A stretch of DNA of 64,000 nucleotides, from positions 1,550,001-1,614,000 of the forward strand of contig CATNEN010000014.1 of NCBI GenBank assembly GCA_950097015.1, in the 5' to 3' direction. The notes under the pieces were generated by a model. The model had not been told where the DNA came from and did no database searches. It saw only the letters and a list, made by a program, of their open reading frames with translations. The position numbers were made by a program, and so were the translations under genes. This DNA is from Macrostomum hystrix. Its lineage: Eukaryota > Animalia > Platyhelminthes. Every line of letters starts with the position of its first letter. The first letter of the stretch is position 1. Of the stretch, positions 12,791 to 22,783 are shown in pieces.

Positions 12791-13680
12791 GCAGATAGTA
12801 TGCATTCCAGGATTTGCGTTTTGAACCTCCTGGCTTGAGGTGGGACTTGTTAATGTTAAATTTTCCATGCTGACCAATGTAGTACAGCAATGGTTTAATA
12901 AACTCAGCAATCCATGATGGCTTGAGCACCCAGTGCTTATGAAAGCACTCTACTGACAGAGGCACTTAAGTAATCTGAAATTTAATTTTTGGAAAGTAAG
13001 ATAAAAGAAAGTTTTTAATATAAACAGAATGGATGCTTTATAGTGGTGAAGGTAAGGGAAGGGTCATGTGGTCATGATTTGTAGGTAAGGTACTAGATTT
13101 TTTCTGGTTGACGCTCGTTTCGTCTGCCGCCAGTTCGTCTGCCAATAGACGATGCGGTCGTTTCGTCTGCCTACGTTCAGTTTACTATATAAAATACAAA
13201 TATTTTGTGTACACGTCTTTTTACTTTACTAACACTATTGCACGAAGATATAGTGGAACAAACGTTTTATTAGATATTGCTCCTATGCCCCCTTCCAATA
13301 CCTAATGTTCTCAGTGAAAACTATCACTAGTAAGTAAGTACAGTGGCGGCGCAGGGGGGGCGGGGGGCTGTAGCCCCCGGGTGACCACCCCTCACCACCT
13401 CCAGGGGGGGGTGACCACCTGGCCCACCAAACACCACCCCCAGGGGGTGACCGCCTAGCCCACCAAACACCATCCCCAGGGGATGACCACCCTGCCGGTC
13501 ACCGACCCGCGAACCGCCACATATACACCCTCACCACTGTCCTGTCCTCCCTCCAAAGGGCTGCAGGCCCGCCGGGGCACGGGCAGGGGCATGGTGTGAC
13601 GATGTCAATGAATTCAATTTTCTTATTAATGGCAATAGAACCTGTTGTACTCGTACTTTAACTATCTTCGTTGTTAGTTG

Positions 13681-13858
13681 ACCGATGCCACTGCTTAAGC
13701 AGCCATACCCTGTTCTGACCGATGCCGCTGCTTAAGCAGCCATACCCTGTTCTGACCGATGCCGCTGCTTAAGCAGCCATACCCTGTTCTGAACGATGCC
13801 GCTGCTTAAGCAGCCATACACTGTTCTGACCGATGCCGCTGCTTAAGCAGCCATAGAC
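13681..13858. repeat. 37-bp tandem array (5 copies) with palindromic core GCTGCTTAAGCAGC
   Basis: Read directly; one monomer with the same 5' flank at 16671-16748. Confidence 0.9.
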
Positions 13859-14243
13859 TTTTCTGTACCCCACTTAACAAGTGCGCGAGGCCCAGCCCCT
13901 CGCAAATATATTCACCTTCCTGCGTTCCCTTCAGCTTCTCGCTTTTGCGACTTAGTTACAGAACCTTTAAATTAGCTTTCCATAGAAATTTCATTAGCCG
14001 GATCACACGCGTGTTTTACAACTGTTGGGGCTGTGACCTTCGGGACTGCTCAGCGAGTCTTCACTTTCTTCTCGGCTTCAACTGGTCGTTGGGCTGCTTT
14101 GGAAGCCCAGATTGACATTGACGGACAAAGCCTCAAGCCAAAGAGACTGATCGACACAAGATCCAGGCCCAAGAACAGCCCACTATGAGGCTGTTCGAGC
14201 CCTACGGACTCGACTGGAGAACATCCTGGATGTACTCGACGCC

Positions 14244-15095
14244 ATGGGAAAAGACCAAACATTCTCTGTCGACACAAGGTCAGAGGCAATGTCTCTATCC
14301 ACGGCCATCTGCTCCTTCTCATTCTTTGCCTATATTTTCTATTGGGAGCCAATCCTGAAGGAGATCAACGTCGTTCAAAAATCTTTTCAGCAAAGAGGAT
14401 TGGGTGTTGACTCAACCAAGGTTCGTGTTGTTGGTCTTGAGCGCTTCTTGAATGAATCACGAGATGATGCTGTCAATGAGGCAGTCCATGAGGCGGAGTC
14501 CCTCTGCGAGAAGTTGGGGGTCACAATGGAGAAACGAGTGGCACGACGAAAGAGAATGCCTGGAGAGAATGCCAAGGACGCAGGCTTGACCCCAAAGGAA
14601 GAAATTCAAAGGCAGCTACTATCATCCCATGACAGGTTGTGTCAGGAGCTTTCTTCCCGATTTGATGCCATCAAATCAACGTGCGATATTTTCTGTCTCA
14701 TCGACATCCTCTTCACGAATAAGGACATAAAAAATGAGGTGAAAAAAGTCGTAGAGGCCTTCCCCACAGATGTCTCGACAGACCTCGAAGTCGAAGTTCA
14801 TCAGCTCCGAAGACTAGTGCCAGATGAGATCAATGAGAGGTCCACCGCAGAGGAAGTGCTACAATGGGCAATCAGGATGGAGCTACAGGATGGTCCTGCC
14901 TAACCTCATCGTGCTGCTGCGTTTGATTTTAACGTCGGCTGTGTCCGTTGCATCCTATGAAAGAAGCTTTTCAAAGTTGAAGCTCATCAAGAGTTAGCTA
15001 CGGTCAACGATGTCTCAAGCTCGACTTGATGGCCTCTTCATCCTTTCGATTGAACAGGCGGAGGTTAAAGCTCTGGATTTCAGCACGATCATCAG
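14244..15095 (+). pseudogene. hAT transposase C-terminal part including the dimerisation domain
   Basis: ORF 14244-14903, then shifted frame PNLIVLLRLILTSAVSVASYERSFSKLKLIKS*LRSTMSQARLDGL. Confidence 0.9.
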
Positions 15096-15364
15096 TAACG
15101 GGTGTGATTTTGGGTTTAAATGGTTAGGGTGTGAATATCTAGGGAAGGAGGGTGACCACCTGGAGAAGGGGGGGTGACCACCATTCACCGCCCCCCCCGA
15201 CCGGAGGTGCTGCGCCGCCACTGAGTAAGTAAGTCAATTATCACTGCCTCATATATAAGCAAGGATGTATACAGTATAGTCTGCTTTAAAAATTTCTAAT
15301 TTCTACATTTCTAATTAGCAAGCATATCATTGCATGTCAAATCAAAGAGAATATATCAAACACG

Positions 15365-16165
15365 TTTTGCGTTTTGCCGTCGGCTATTTTTCCTCCGCGA
15401 CACCACTTTTGGTAATTCTTTCGCGTTGCCTCGGTTCTGAACGTCTGTTGGCATTTTGCGCACGGTAATTGGACGGCAACGAGCTCTCTGTGCAGTCTCT
15501 TCTGGTGTATGGCTAGACCGCCCCTGGATGCACAGACTTTGTTGCATCCATCATATCTGCATCGGTATCCTGTCAGCTCGTTCTCCTCTTTGTTTCCTGT
15601 TTCCTGTTTCTCTGTTTCCGTCGTTCTGCGGTTCCTCTTGGATCGCTCTGCCTCTTCCATACGCATCGCGTTCACTCTGCGCTTCACTGTCTCCCTCCAT
15701 CTCCCTCTGTCTCGGACGATGCAGTCAATGTCGATGGTGTCGACGCCTGCCTTCCTGACCATTAACTTCCAGTGGTTGGTAATCGTGCGCTGTCTCTTTT
15801 TGGCTTTCCTTATGTTTTCTAGCTTCTTGTCCCATCCTAGCACGCATTTCTTGGTGAGGCTAGTGTCGGGCATTCGGAGGACGTGGCCTAGGCGTCTCCA
15901 GTGGGCGATTTCGATCTTTGTCGCGATACTGTCCACGCCGAGTTCAGCTCTGACGTTCCACATGTTCACGCCCTTTTCTTACATCTCGACCAGGGGCGGT
16001 TTGGTCTTTTCGCTCCAGATGAAACGGTAGGGCTTGTCCATTGCTTGTTGCATCTTCTTGATGTCCGTCTTGTGGAAGGGGCGTGCTTCGGCATTGAAGG
16101 TCATGGTACTTTCCACGCATGCCTCCACAATTTTGGCTTGGGTCCGTTTCGTGAGGCGTGTTGAA
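15365..16165 (-). mobile_element. LINE 3' fragment related to the 58620-62643 family
   Basis: AKIVEACVES, ELGVDSIATKIEIAHWRRLGHVLRMPD and CRYDGCNKVCASRGGLAIHQKRLH align to the large LINE ORF. Confidence 0.88.
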
Positions 16166-16169
16166 AAAA

Positions 16170-16318
16170 AATGCTGGTACCCATTTAACAGCTGGGTGAA
16201 CTGAAGCAATGCAGAGTAAAGTGCCTTGCTAAAGGACACAAATTGTTCCAGTGGAGTCGGGAATCGAACCCCCGACCTTCAAGTCGTGAGTCCGACGCTC
16301 TAACCACTAGGCTACAAC
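16170..16318 (-). mobile_element. tRNA-derived SINE fragment
   Basis: Minus strand GTAGCCTAGTGGTTAGAGC (A box) and GGTTCGATTCC (B box), then a SINE core-like GTGTCCTTTAGCAAGGCACTTTACT ... CACCCAGCTGTTAAATGGGTACC. Confidence 0.8.
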
Positions 16319-16748
16319 CTCTTTGGAATACTAATAGTAGTATTCACAACATTTTACAATGGTCCGAAATTGGTCGTCCGTCGGCCGAAAGCGGACGTCT
16401 TTTCGACAAAAGTTATGCGTACAATAAACTAAAAAGCAGAGTCCGCCGGACGATGCTTTTTACACCGGGCAGAGACAAGGGACTACAGTGGAGGTCGATG
16501 GACTTCCCTGTCACATTGCTGACGTCCGGCCGGCCCCAGGCTCGCAACCACAGCTGCCTGGAGTAGAGCGAGCCGTTAAGCGGAGGAGGTGAACCCCGGC
16601 GGTCAAGTTGCGAGAGGTCGGCACCAGTCCGCTACGACGCTTAATCTCTTTTCTTGAGATCAGGGAGTAATGTTGTACTCGTACTTTAACTATCTTCGTT
16701 GTTAGTTGACCGATGCCACTGCTTAAGCAGCCATAGACTGTTCTGACC

Positions 16749-17092
16749 TGTCGCTAAATTATCATGAAGTGCGCCTGCACTGGCCCCCCTCATGCATTAT
16801 CTTCGCTGCCTGCCCACTTTATCTCTAATTGCTACGCCCCACCCCCCGTGTACGCCACCCCTCTCGATCTGCTCGTCTCTTATCTTTCTCTCCGCAATGT
16901 ACGCTCGGCCCCCCGCATTGTTATCTCGCTATAATGAAATAAAATCAATAAACATGGTTACGCGAGTTCTGACTATAAATCTTGGCCCGCAAGGGCTCTC
17001 GGTCCGCCTCTCAAGTGTTCTAATCGCATCAAAAACCAAGCATTGTTCAAGCCTCTCTTAAATTTGCGTGTAAATCACAACATGGCGCCCGA
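16749..17092 (+). mobile_element. LTR (TGT...ACA, about 334 bp) plus primer-binding site
   Basis: Starts TGTCGC, contains AATAAA, ends ACA at 17082, followed by TGGCGCCCGA (tRNA-Lys-type PBS). Confidence 0.55.
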
Positions 17093-17112
17093 TCTAAATT
17101 AGGACGTTGTTT

Positions 17113-17345
17113 CTCTCGTCTCGTCGCGGTCTCGTCATCTCGGTTGTCTCGTCGCGGTCTCGTCGTCTCGGCTCTGTCTCGTCGCGGTCTCGTCATCTCG
17201 GTTGTCTCGTCGCGGTCTCGTCATCTCGGCTCTGTCTCGTCGCGGTCTCGTCATCTCGGCTCTGTCTCGTCGCGGTCTCGTCATCTCGGCTCTGTCTCGT
17301 CGCGGTCTCGTCATCTCGGCTCTGTCTCGTCGCGGTCTCGTCTCG
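17113..17345. repeat. 30-bp tandem repeat (CTCGTCGCGGTCTCGTCATCTCGGCTCTGT)n
   Basis: Read directly. Confidence 0.93.
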
Positions 17346-17365
17346 CCTGTCTCGCCGCGGTTTCG

Positions 17366-19539
17366 TCAGTCTCTCGCAGTCTTGAGGACCGCAAGCCAGT
17401 CGCGCCTGATCAGGTTCAAACCTGAGCCGTTGACGAGAAGCAGTAGAAACTCCTTGGCCACTCCATCCGCCCGCACTTGGACGATGATTCTGCTGAGCAG
17501 CGAAACTGGCTCTCCTAAATGCGTGCGCAGGTGGGCGTTGGCGGGCTCAAGCTTGGGCTGTCCTCGCAGCTCTGAGCGGAAGGTGTCCGACGAAATGAGT
17601 GAGACCGACGGACCGGTGTCGATCTCCATGCGCACCGGATTGCCTTCGATAAGCACCGTTGTCTCGATCGGCGGAATCTTCCCTCTCCGTTCGGCCATTA
17701 CGTGCAGTAAGTGCGTCTCTTCCTCTTACAGCTGGACCTCCCTGGCGGCCTGATCGCCCCGACGATTTGTGGCAGCCGGCGACTTCCAGGCAGCAGCCGC
17801 GTGGCCCAGCTTCGAGCAATTGAAGCATTTTTGTCAACGAAGGGACACTTGGCGGCCGCGTGCCGCTGCGAGAGACACCGAAAAAAGCGCTTAGCGACCG
17901 GCTGCTTGGCGATTTGGAAGGCCTCCTGGCTGGCCGATGATTTGGTCACCATCAGGTTCCCTTCGGCTGCTGAAGCTTCGGCCTGGGCTCGAGACAGTGC
18001 GGTATCGAGTGTAAGCTTCCGCTCAGACAGCAGCCTCCGCTGGATGTTTTCGTCGTTGATACCCAGCACGAACCTGTCCCTGAGCATGCTGTCCAGGCTG
18101 CTGCCAAAGTTGCAGTCCCTGGCCAGTCTGCGCAGGTCGGCGAGGAAGTCAGCAATTGCGACTCCGGGTGTAGAAGCGGAAGCGCAGAACGATCTCGGGT
18201 GGCTCGGGGTCGAAGTGATTCTTCAGGGTTTCGCAGATGTCTGCATAGCTGCTTGCAGCCGGAGTACCAGTGGCTAGCAGGCTGGCTATTAGCTGGTAAG
18301 TCTTCTTGCCGCAGACGCTGAGGAGAACGGCGCGCTTTTTCTCATCTTTGATGTCATTGGCCTCGAAAAACTGCTCCAATCTTTCCTGGTACTGCTGCCA
18401 TTTTTCTGTCCCCTTTTTAAAGAGGGTTCAATAGAGACAACTAAGCTCATTTCTCGTCGCCACTGTAAAGACTTTGCTTAACATTGTAGAACGAATCTCC
18501 ACAACTCAACGAGATGACACAGCGACTTTTATATTTTATTTTATTTATCAAATCGATAGCAGTATTAGGGGTGGAGCTACTGACTCCGCGCGTGCACATA
18601 TGATAGAAGGGTTAAAAGCACGTACACACACAGTACATTCTAAATAATTGGATAGCGTGCGGGCAGGTGCACAACACACCTGCCTTAGCCAGCCGCAACC
18701 AGAGCCACGTCACCACACTATTAAATTAGGAGTACTACCAGTACTAAGTCTAAATACAAGAAGCAAATCGACAATTAAAAAGTTTATTATTACTTTGTAT
18801 TGTGACGTTGCTGCGCCGCGTGCGTCTTCTCCGTTTATGTGAACCTGTGAGTTGCACTGCAGCTCCTGCCGTGTTCCGCTCAATGTTCTACTTCACTTCC
18901 ATGTAGTTATTTATGTTGCTAGTTTCTCACTCTAAAGTTCTAATAATTAAAGTTTTTCTATTTCACTGTAAGTAAACGCCAACGAACAACGCGCTGTCCC
19001 CAACTTGTTTTTGCTGATGTCTCAATATCCTTTCCCCGAGCCAATGAGCGGGCGAGCTCTGTCTGGCTAGAATTATCGATCGCCGTTTTCTAGACAGGTT
19101 ATTTAACCCAGCTTATTTAACTAGGGCCCCTGAGCCCGCTCGCGCTCCACTGTCCTTTTTCACCCGGCCTGCCTCTCTGCCTCCGGACTGCCTTTGTCCT
19201 GGCCACTGTTACTTTCACCTGTCGTGTTCACTACCACTTACACTGCCGCTACCTTTTCACTGTCGCTTTTTGTGCTGCCTTACTGCAGCTGCCACTGGAT
19301 ACTTCTTGCCTACTCTCGGCATCACTCATACTGTTGGTTCTCACGGAGCTCCTGCACCTGACTTTAATTAACTATATTGCTTGTCGTACGTCCCAGTGGT
19401 TGTCTAATAAATAAAGAAATTAAGAGTGCCACGGCTACACTAAGTTACACGATACTCTGGACTATAACTGGATAATTCTGAACTGCCGACTGACTTTGTT
19501 CTCCTTTAATATCGTCACAGTATAGCAAAAACACGTACA
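17366..19539 (-). mobile_element. Mag-like Gypsy 5' fragment: 5' LTR, PBS, frameshifted gag, protease
   Basis: ATG at 18450; RLEQFFEANDI, LRDRFVLGI, degenerate CCHC, protease MEIDTG; PBS TGGCGACGAG (18453-18462); LTR tentatively 18464-19539, interrupted by a solo LTR. Confidence 0.8.
18801..19519. mobile_element. Solo LTR (719 bp)
   Basis: Ends TGTGACG...CGTCACA; 4-bp TSD GTAT on both sides; internal AATAAA. Confidence 0.85.
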
Positions 19540-19672
19540 GCAAATGATTCAGATTAAGCGATAGCCAGACTTCAGTTCATGCTTTGTGATTGATAGCGAG
19601 CGAGTGAATGATTTTGGAATTCGCAAATATAATGATGAAATCGCAACACTTTTAAAATTTTCATCTAACAAA

Positions 19673-20600
19673 AAGCAATTGAATTAAATTAAAGCGGCAC
19701 AAAAAGAATCACTAATGAATTACAATAAAGCCGAAACCAACAAAATTCGTTTTACGTCTGATACTATAGCATTTTGCAGGCTAGTGTTTGAATGTGTTTC
19801 AAGTTTTTATCGAAGAGTTACTCGACGCTGTCAACAATCGAGAAGAAGTCGATAATGCGGATCAACTCTGCATCATTATGGACGGTGCTCGATTTCACAA
19901 TGGCGTGAGGCTCCCGCAACAAAATGAAGCTAACTGGCAAGTCATGCAGCTGCCGCCGTACTCACCATTTTTGAATCCGACTGAGAGTGCGCACTCCTGC
20001 CTGAAGGCGACAATTAAGTCAGTTGTCTTTGCCCCAAGTTCAGCTCGAACTTGACTTAATCCACCACCACAGACAACACTATGCGAGTGGCGAATACTTG
20101 TTCTTCAGAGAATCGTAGAGAAAGCAACTTCCGAAATCACACCGGTCAAATGTGGAGGATGGTTTCGGAATGCACTCCGCTTCATCCCTAGATGTGTCGC
20201 GGGAGAAGACATCATTTGATTTCTGCCATATATCGGACAGCTTCACTGAAAGAAATCTTTTTCGAGTTTCATTTTGTACTTTTTCCTGGGTTTTGCGTAC
20301 TAGTTTTTCATATGTTTCGTCATAGCATCACAGTTAGCTGTCGAATGTTTGCTAAGCATTGAGAATTGATGAATTGCGTGCTCACATTATTTATTTGGTT
20401 GCAGGAATGCACATGGCTTTGACCATAGAGTGTAAAAAATTACACTGATTTTGTCATTGATTATTTAATTGCTTGCTTGTTTTCTCTACTAGCCTGCAAA
20501 ATGCTATAGTATCAGACGTAAAACGAATTTTGTTAGTTTTGGCTTTATTGTAATTCATTAGTGATTCTTTTTGTGCCGCTTTAATTTAATTCAATTGCTT
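19673..20600 (+). mobile_element. Tc1/IS630-family transposon remnant, DDE C-terminal fragment about 19788-20219
   Basis: IIMDGARFH and LPPYSPFLNPTE; about 113-bp inverted repeats at 19673-19785 and 20488-20600. Confidence 0.85.
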
Positions 20601-21131
20601 ATTTTTCGACGCATTATTTTTGCAGCATTTTTTGGCAAGATCATGACTTGAACTTAATCGTCCTTAAGCACAGAAACAGAGCAACTTATTGAGCTACTTT
20701 CCAGAGGAAATTTCTACTGAACAATAAGGAGTACACTCTCCACATCCAAGACATCCACACCAAGTTAAGGTATACAGACACCTTAAAAAGACACCTTGTA
20801 AAATAAAGACACCTTAAAAAACAGGTAATGAGCAGGTACAAATGAGGCTATTTCCGAATTTCTGTGTGTGCAGCCTCCGGTTTTTTGTTACGCCATTCAA
20901 AAGCTGCTATAAATTTCCAAAATATTTCCATATTAATGGTTAGTTTTTTATTCCTGATTATAATTAACGTAATTTTTTGTCACCGTTATCGCAACAAGGA
21001 TTATTACGAGTGGCGCTGCCAAACGCACTGTCGTGTCAGATCTCAGATCACACGATTCCATGTAAGACAAATCACTGTTCTGCGCATACAAACGAAACTT
21101 CAGAGCAAGTGGAACAAAAGCGGTTTGTAGC

Positions 21132-21941
21132 CAAGGACCACTAGAAGAAGAAAAAATCTTCATAAAATTCGTCGAAGCAACATATTTTGTAAGTTATATC
21201 AAAAGAAGCGCTTTGTATCTGCTTCCTAAGAAAAGTTATCAACACTTTAAGGTGAGAAAAGTGAAAAGTTCCTATCTCGTTAGTGTATTTGTTGTACTTT
21301 TTCGTATTGTCGGCAGTTCGCCAACGCGGTAGTGGGGGTTCGGGTACGGACCGCCCAAAGCTTGCCGGGGGTAGAGGGAGGGGAAGCAGCGACCCTCGAG
21401 GCGTCCAGACACTCCGAGGAGAGACGGGATGGACTTGGAGCGTACCGACACTCGCTAAGCCCTGACTGAAGGTTTTCACTGCGAGCGGGTAGCCACTCGA
21501 CAGCCCAAGAGAGAGGTAGATGATGGTCTGGAAGCGTACCGACACTTCGCAGACTCGAGGAAGACTCTGGAGGAGAAGGATGATGGTGAGCTTTTGGCAG
21601 CAGCCGAGGTCGGGCAGAGGAACAAGATTCGATAATAAATAAATAAATAACGCGTGAATGCTTTTCTTACCAGGAGGGGTTGAACGTTGAACTCATGCAA
21701 TTGTGCTTCAGGCTGCGTGGTTTATTATGGATTCTACTTTCTACCGCTTTCCAATCGCTTCTAACTTTTAAATTAGCTTCGCCAACGTTCTCGCCCTAGT
21801 ACTCTGGAGGCGCGGGGGCTGGCCAGGGGTCGGGGCAAGGTCGTTATGAGACGCAGCTCACAACATATTTTTCCGTAAAAATCAGCCTTTAATAAACTTT
21901 CTAAGAAACGAAGTGTCCCGTCCTTCTTCTAGTGGTCCTTG
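21132..21941. mobile_element. Non-coding TIR element (MITE-like, 810 bp)
   Basis: Perfect 19-bp TIR CAAGGACCACTAGAAGAAG; interrupts sequence that is contiguous in the homologous copy near 30260-30340; TSD not resolved. Confidence 0.7.
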
Positions 21942-22221
21942 CTGACTGCCTGCCAGGGTTAAGAGCATAAATGCAGCGGCGTTTGTGCCATAGACAGCGC
22001 AACTTCCCTTGCGAACGCGAAGTCTATTCCTTCATTCATTAAATTGCTTTTGAATTTAAATTGCGCACGATTGCTTAGTATATATTTTATTAAATCACAA
22101 AACATCCGATATTTGAGAAACTAAAGTGCGTAGCTAAAAAACCGGTCTAACCTCAGATGATAGAATTATAGAAAAACAATTCTATCTTGTAAATGATGTA
22201 GCATAGTATAGTATGTCCTTA

Positions 22222-22783
22222 TTCCTCAGCCCTCATTCAGTCTCTCCCTCAGCCCTCATTCAGTCTCTCCCTCAGCCCTCATTCAGTCGATTCCTCAGCC
22301 CTCATTCAGTCTCTCCCTCAGCCCTCATTCAGTCTCTGCCTCAACCCTCATTCAGTCGATTCTTCAGCCCTCATTCAGTCTCTCCCTCAGCCCTCGTTCA
22401 GTCTCTGCCTCAGCCCTCATTCAGTCTCTCCCTCAGCCCTCATTCAGTCTCTCCCTCAGCCCTCATTCAGTCGATTCTTCAGCCCTCATTCAGTCTCTCC
22501 CTCAGCCCTCATTCAGTCTCTGCCTCAACCCTCATTCAGTCGATTCTTCAGCCCTCATTCAGTCTCTCCCTCAGCCCTCGTTCAGTCGATTCCTCAGCCC
22601 TCATTCAGTCTCTCCCTCAGCCCTTGTTCAGTCGATTCCTCAGCACTCATTCAGTCTCTCCCTCAGCCCTCATTCAGTCGATTCCTCAGCCCTCATTCAG
22701 TCTCTCCCTCAGCCCTCGTTCAGTCGATTCCTCAGCCCTCATTCAGTCTCTCCCTCAGCCCTCGTTCAGTCGATTCCTCAGCG
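22222..22783. repeat. 23-bp minisatellite, reverse copy of the 176-482 family; lies in the putative 3' UTR
   Basis: Read directly. Confidence 0.95.

Larger units (their letters stand above)
689..12800. mobile_element. Decayed, rearranged Maverick/Polinton (element A), interrupted by Helitron/satellite DNA and a LINE; no TIRs or integrase found
   Basis: Fragmented MCP, minor capsid, GGILPLL-type core protein, pPolB and protease ORFs; core, capsid and protease fragments resemble element B genes. Confidence 0.85.
13341..15223 (+). mobile_element. hAT DNA transposon, internally deleted
   Basis: 14-bp TIR CAGTGGCGGCGCAG (13341) / CTGCGCCGCCACTG (ends 15223); 8-bp TSD AGTAAGTA; subterminal GGTGACCACC repeats. 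Confidence 0.93.

Noticed and set aside
13681-13858. CRISPR-like array (37-bp palindromic repeats); also considered for the 67-bp array at 39562
   Set aside because: Repeats are directly adjacent with no unique spacers, there are no cas genes, and the context is eukaryotic
16252-16318. Functional tRNA genes here and at 32272, 36592 and about 29200
   Set aside because: A/B boxes are present, but the heads at 16252, 32272 and 36592 run into SINE bodies with no convincing full cloverleaf; the 29200 signal is only a partial B box
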